DNA of 64,000 bases, taken from positions 45,510,001-45,574,000 of the forward strand of contig OZ249436.1 of the NCBI GenBank assembly GCA_965235115.1. Direction: 5' to 3'. The position numbers were made by a program, and so were the translations under genes. This stretch comes from Laetmonice hystrix (Eukaryota). Under the pieces are notes generated by a model that was given only the letters and a program-made list of their open reading frames with translations, was not told where the DNA came from and did not search any database. Numbering within the stretch: position 1 is the first letter of the stretch; each line of letters begins with the position of its first letter. This document shows positions 59,365 through 64,000 of this stretch, in pieces.

Positions 59365-61488
59365 AGACAAAACCTAGAACGAACAATGCTTCTACAGTCA
59401 GTCAGCTACCATTGCCGAGTGTATCTAATATAGATAATTGTGTGCCGTTTTCTACTGCTTTATTTCTATTCAAGCTATCTAGGCCATATATGTGCAATGA
59501 GAAAGGATATTATAGCCTCCATGTGTGTGTGCAAAGTCCTGTGTTATAAAACCAGGAGAAAAGCTGAAAAGCTACGTATTTTTGTATTGTAGTTTGCAGT
59601 GTCTATGATATATTGTAATGAATCATTCACAAGAAGGGTAAAAAGGCAGTTGGTAAAGTATTCATGTTATTATTATAGACTAAGTTGGAAACAACTAAAT
59701 TACAAAATCAAAGGCAGCAATAAATTTGATTGTATAAACGTACAGACGCCCACCAAGGACATGTATAGGCCTACATTTTGACTTGAATCTCAAAGTATGC
59801 AAGAAATATGCATTATTGCTATCAGGAAAGAAGAAGAAGCCATGTTAATTTCATTCGTCCTGTTTCTAGTCTACTCATCTCTCATATTCATAATCCACCT
59901 TCTTTCTGTACCTCGGATAAGACAGGGAAAACATATGCAAGGTACATGATTAAATTCCTGTGTAGGCCCGCTATCAGTGTTTTTCAGCACACGTCCTCGA
60001 TACTATCACGGGTAATTGTCCTGGAATTGGTCAATGATTTTAAGCTACATGTCAAATAACAAGTACAAAGTTAAACTGGACCAATACTTATGCAAGCAGA
60101 GAGAAAGTTACAGCTCGAGTGTAAAGGATGCCTATTGTTCCATGCAGGTGGGTACTGGGACTATGCTACCATGTGTCAGCTTATGGAAAGAGTTTTCTGT
60201 ACCGTGGACGATTCACCAAGACACTTCGATTTCCGCCGGAAACACTAACGTTTGACGGGAGATCGGCCGTAATCCGCCCAAGGTCACCTCTGCTTAGATA
60301 CCAGAAAACAAAACTAAAACTCAAAACACATAGAAAATAAATAACGACACACTTAACAATTTGAATGGTACCCTGACATTTAAAGTTATATTAGGTCTAA
60401 AGGTGAAAAATGATATCGGTCACCGTTGTATCACAGTAGTACTGTAGATCTAGGCCTATATGAATAAAGCACGTATTTAGATGACTAGGGGTGGACAAGT
60501 CTAGGCCTAGAGATATATGAAAGTACGGCAAAGAGTTTTCCTTTGGTTATTTACCGATAAGCTATAGACCGACTAGCTGATATAAATATAGTATGCCCAA
60601 GGCCAAGAGATCAGCGCTACTATTACTATACCGGTAGATCTATGCCTATATAGAGGCATCAGGGGGCATTATACAAGATGGGCCAAAAGTATTCTCTAAT
60701 TATCTTTAACAAAATATTCAAATTGTTGACCACGACGAAAGGGAGACGGATATTTATAGTACCACTTGCCTATACTTACCACGATATCTTACAGTGACTG
60801 TATCACACTCCGATTATAGGCAGTGTGTTGTGGTTCACCCTGTACGTAATGGATTATGCAAATTTATCAGGGATATCAAATCATATCACGAGTTATAAGA
60901 ATATTAACGTGAAAACGTTTCGCTGGAAACGTAACTCATCCTCGATTATTGACGAATATTGAAGTTGAACAGAAGTTGAATCGACAGAGTCGGTGGTAGG
61001 CCTCTACAAATGTCATAAAATGACAATATCTGAATATTTTCTATTACCGCAGCAACAGTAGGCTATACATGTGCATTTTGTATCCACTATAATCGGTGTG
61101 TTTGGGTGATGTGACTTGTTTTAATGCTTGGTTGCGTAAGAACCCCCAATCATAACTAGGCCTATATCCTCGCCATGCATGAGTTAAATTCCGTTCGCCA
61201 GGATAAAAGGACAATATTAAATCCAAACTCCGTGCTGTCCTAAAAACTAAGTGTAGTTTGGACAAACATATATTCTTTCCTTGATGGGGATATGGTGTGT
61301 GTGGACATGTGTGTCTCCGGACTGGTTCTTATCCCGATACATTCATACTAATATCATGTGCATAAAAAATTCCAAGGGACATATCTGTGTGCAATATATG
61401 GAGCCAAACATAATCTTGTAGCCTACACATTGCATAGTATTAATGTACGCTTACATAGTTCTTAATGACATTAGGCCTGCTCAAAAAG

Positions 61489-61794
61489 GGCATCAATAAA
61501 CAACGAACTGAACGAACTGAGCGAACTGAGATCGTCTAGTTATGCCTGGGGGGATTCCCCATAGGGACTGGCTATTGACACCAACACGGAAACAGCCGAC
61601 CTAAATTAGTTTGACTAATTCCTACACGGTTCAGTGTGTTTGGGTTAGGGTTAAGGTTAGGCCTAGGGTTAGTGCACGTTAGTTTAATCCCAAATTTGTT
61701 GTTAAAATAGACAGTAACTTCCGGCTGTGACGTCATACCTGTCACTGGCTTGAAGCACGACTAATCGATCTCAGTTCGCTGTTTATTGATGACC
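61489..61794. mobile_element. MITE with a telomere-like GGTTAG core
   Basis: GGCATCAATAAACA..GCGAACTGAGATCG is inverted against CGATCTCAGTTCGCTGTTTATTGATGACC. Internal GGGTTAGGGTTAAGGTTAGG. Confidence 0.65.
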
Positions 61795-62784
61795 ATCTAC
61801 AAATGTTTTATATATCGTATGCCTGATATTTATACACGCTATTCAGACAGGCCTGTGCTCTTATAGACTTAGTTATAGTAATATTTAGTCAGGTGTATTG
61901 ACCCTGATAGGTGAACCATGCATTACGGTAGCAGTCAACCAAACATCATACCATTGGACGGTAGATTATTAGTGACGTACACAGTTTCAAAAAGATCCAA
62001 GGCAGCTGCATGAGGAACCATTTAGGCCTGGGGACTCTGAGGCATATGACCTGACTATAGGCCTATAATTATGTTAACGCCTATATGCCTAGAGGGTTAT
62101 AGCCTATCGAGTCGTTGTGTAAAGTGGTACATGAGGCTTACAAAACTCTGAGTGAATGTAGAGATAGTGTGGATTTCCTGCAACACTTTTGCAATAAAGA
62201 ATCCCTTTTCAACCTGTCATTGTTGTTGCCGTTTATGTGCCCGGGGTGGCAACATTCTCACACTCGAGTCCTTTCAACAATCTTCGGCAATCTTCGTTCG
62301 TTCGGGGAAAGCGGTCCCACAGATTACATATCATGCACTCACGGCCCGAATAGGAACATGCGCGCCACCTCACTCGTTAGCTTACTACATCATTCATATA
62401 AAGTAGGCCTAGGCCTATCAAAGAGGGGCATCAAGCAGTGATATTCCTTTATTTAAACTTACACTGGGTGTTTGTCTTTTGATTAACCACCGGTTCGACT
62501 GCGTCACGGGAACATTCGCCATATAGCTTCTCAAAAGAAATAGGTCTAGTTCGGCAAGCGGTGCCTGGTCCCCTGCGGCTTACCCAGGCTCCCGTGCAGG
62601 ATCTGTGAGCGTTTATTTTAGCAAATGGGCGCGAATGGCCCACTACGTACCCCTCGGCCACACCAATCTCCCATAATGCAGACTGACTTTTTACGGGCAA
62701 AATCGGACCCCTATACGCGTTCAACCCCGTTTTTGCAAAGTCGGCCGCCCTTTATATGGTAGGCCTATCTATAAAATTTAACGT

Positions 62785-63010
62785 CCCAGCAGGCACACCT
62801 CGAGATTTCCACGTGGATAGATTCTATCTGGTGGAAATCTGGTGAAATCGGGGATCCACCAGTTTTACCTGTGTTGTCCACGTGGATAGGGCCTATAGAC
62901 TCTATAGATACGTGAAAATGATTGGTGTATTTCTCGTGGAACACACGTGGATATCTACAAGTGGAAATGATTGGTGTATTTCCTCGTGGAATACACGTGG
63001 ATATCTGGGT
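62785..63010. mobile_element. Small CCCAG...CTGGG element with CACGTGGATA subterminal repeats
   Basis: Terminal CCCAG/CTGGG, with repeated CACGTGGATA and GAAATGATTGGTGTATTT motifs. Confidence 0.45.
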
Positions 63011-63826
63011 CCCATGGAAAAAATTCACTTTGCTGTTACTTTCGTATTTGCTACATTTTAATTTGTAAAAAAAATCACAAAAGAATCAGCTATAAAATAC
63101 TACAGTTGACGATTGACTTTGAGAAAGAACCGTTGCGAGAAGTAGAAAGTTTAAAAAGAAACGTCCACCGCCAGTGTGTAGATCTACAGGCCAGGCACAC
63201 AGGCCGTGATATTCTAAGCAATTTAAAAAAGATTTGAAAGCAATTGGTGCTCAAATAGTTAAGATATAAGCACGTTGGTGCCGGAGCCTGCTTATAGAGC
63301 CTGCTCCGCTGGTGTTGGCGGCCATGGCGTCTGCTCCTTGGGCTAATGTCAAACTGCGCATGCTCGACCACTCCTCTCCAGTTTGGGGGGAACGAAAAAC
63401 TGACGCACAGATCTGTTGCGTTGAGCGATTCGGAAGGTAGCGAACGTTGACAGCTTATAGGCCTAAGCAAAATTTGTTAGAACATAGATGAAACCCATCG
63501 ATAGTGATGAGGAATGGCTAGGAATTAAGCCTATCGATGCCAGGAGATATATCGGGTGGATACGGATCTGGGCAGCCGTGGGTTTCGGCCGCCTGCATTC
63601 AATTCGTCCCGCTCGGAGGTGTGATTTTTACGGAGCTCAGCCCCGTCTGGCCCCGGCGCCCCACTCGCACGTTTAGGCCCACCCGCCTTGGCCGTCTTTA
63701 GCCTAGTCTAGCCTAGCCCCGGCACGCAATAGATGGGCACAGGGACGTCACTTCCCTTCCGACCAGCCCCACAAATGGCTGCGCCGCTGAAGCCAGTGAT
63801 TTTGACACGGTTGTCATGTTCAACAT

Positions 63827-64000
63827 CATTCGGGAACCCTCGGCCATATCTTCGAAAGTAGCCTCGGGTGAAATAGGTGCCATTTTGAGCATTGCATCGC
63901 GGGTACATTTAGCCGGGACTCTCGACAGCATGGCAGTGCTTGCAGTATTCTGTCTGCACCAGGCATGGAAGCAACTAAAATAGGCCTACAATGCTTTCCC
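63827..64000 (+). mobile_element. Left end of a second copy of the 3957-4513 MITE, running off the window
   Basis: CATTCGGGAACCCTCGGCC..GCCATTTTGAGCATTGCATCGCGGGTACATT..CAGGCATGGAAGCAACTAAAATAGGC is shared with 3957-4115. Confidence 0.75.

Noticed and set aside
61641..61672. Interstitial telomere
   Set aside because: Only a few degenerate TTAGGG units, located inside a TIR-bounded MITE.

Overview
Eukaryotic, intron-rich and repeat-dense genomic DNA. The transposon repertoire suggests a marine invertebrate; this is an inference and the species cannot be identified. Two spliced host genes were rebuilt by hand, divergently oriented: TMA16 (minus strand, 7 coding exons, 41716-45804, 219 aa) and a TMEM79/MAPEG-like membrane protein (plus strand, 3 coding exons, 57299-59364, 331 aa). 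Most of the remaining recognisable sequence is transposon debris and satellites. Retroelements: a 5'-truncated CR1/L2-group LINE, two LINE 3' ends, a tRNA-derived V-SINE and a Gypsy-like gag relic. DNA elements: a decayed Tc1/mariner, an internally deleted Kolobok-type element with TTAA TSD that splits a LINE ORF in frame, an ISL2EU/Harbinger transposase relic, two IS3EU-like elements with 6-bp TSDs, three copies of an AcademH-like MITE (two with 9-bp TSDs) and many small MITEs. There are about ten tandem arrays, including a 6-kb 45-bp satellite. No CRISPR array, rRNA or bona fide tRNA was found, and no clearly new multi-gene system is supported. The most unusual signals are a strong excess of the palindrome TAGGCCTA, which in places looks like a short insertion into older repeats; a hairpin-rich cargo inside the Kolobok; and an orphan FG-GAP-like decayed exon.
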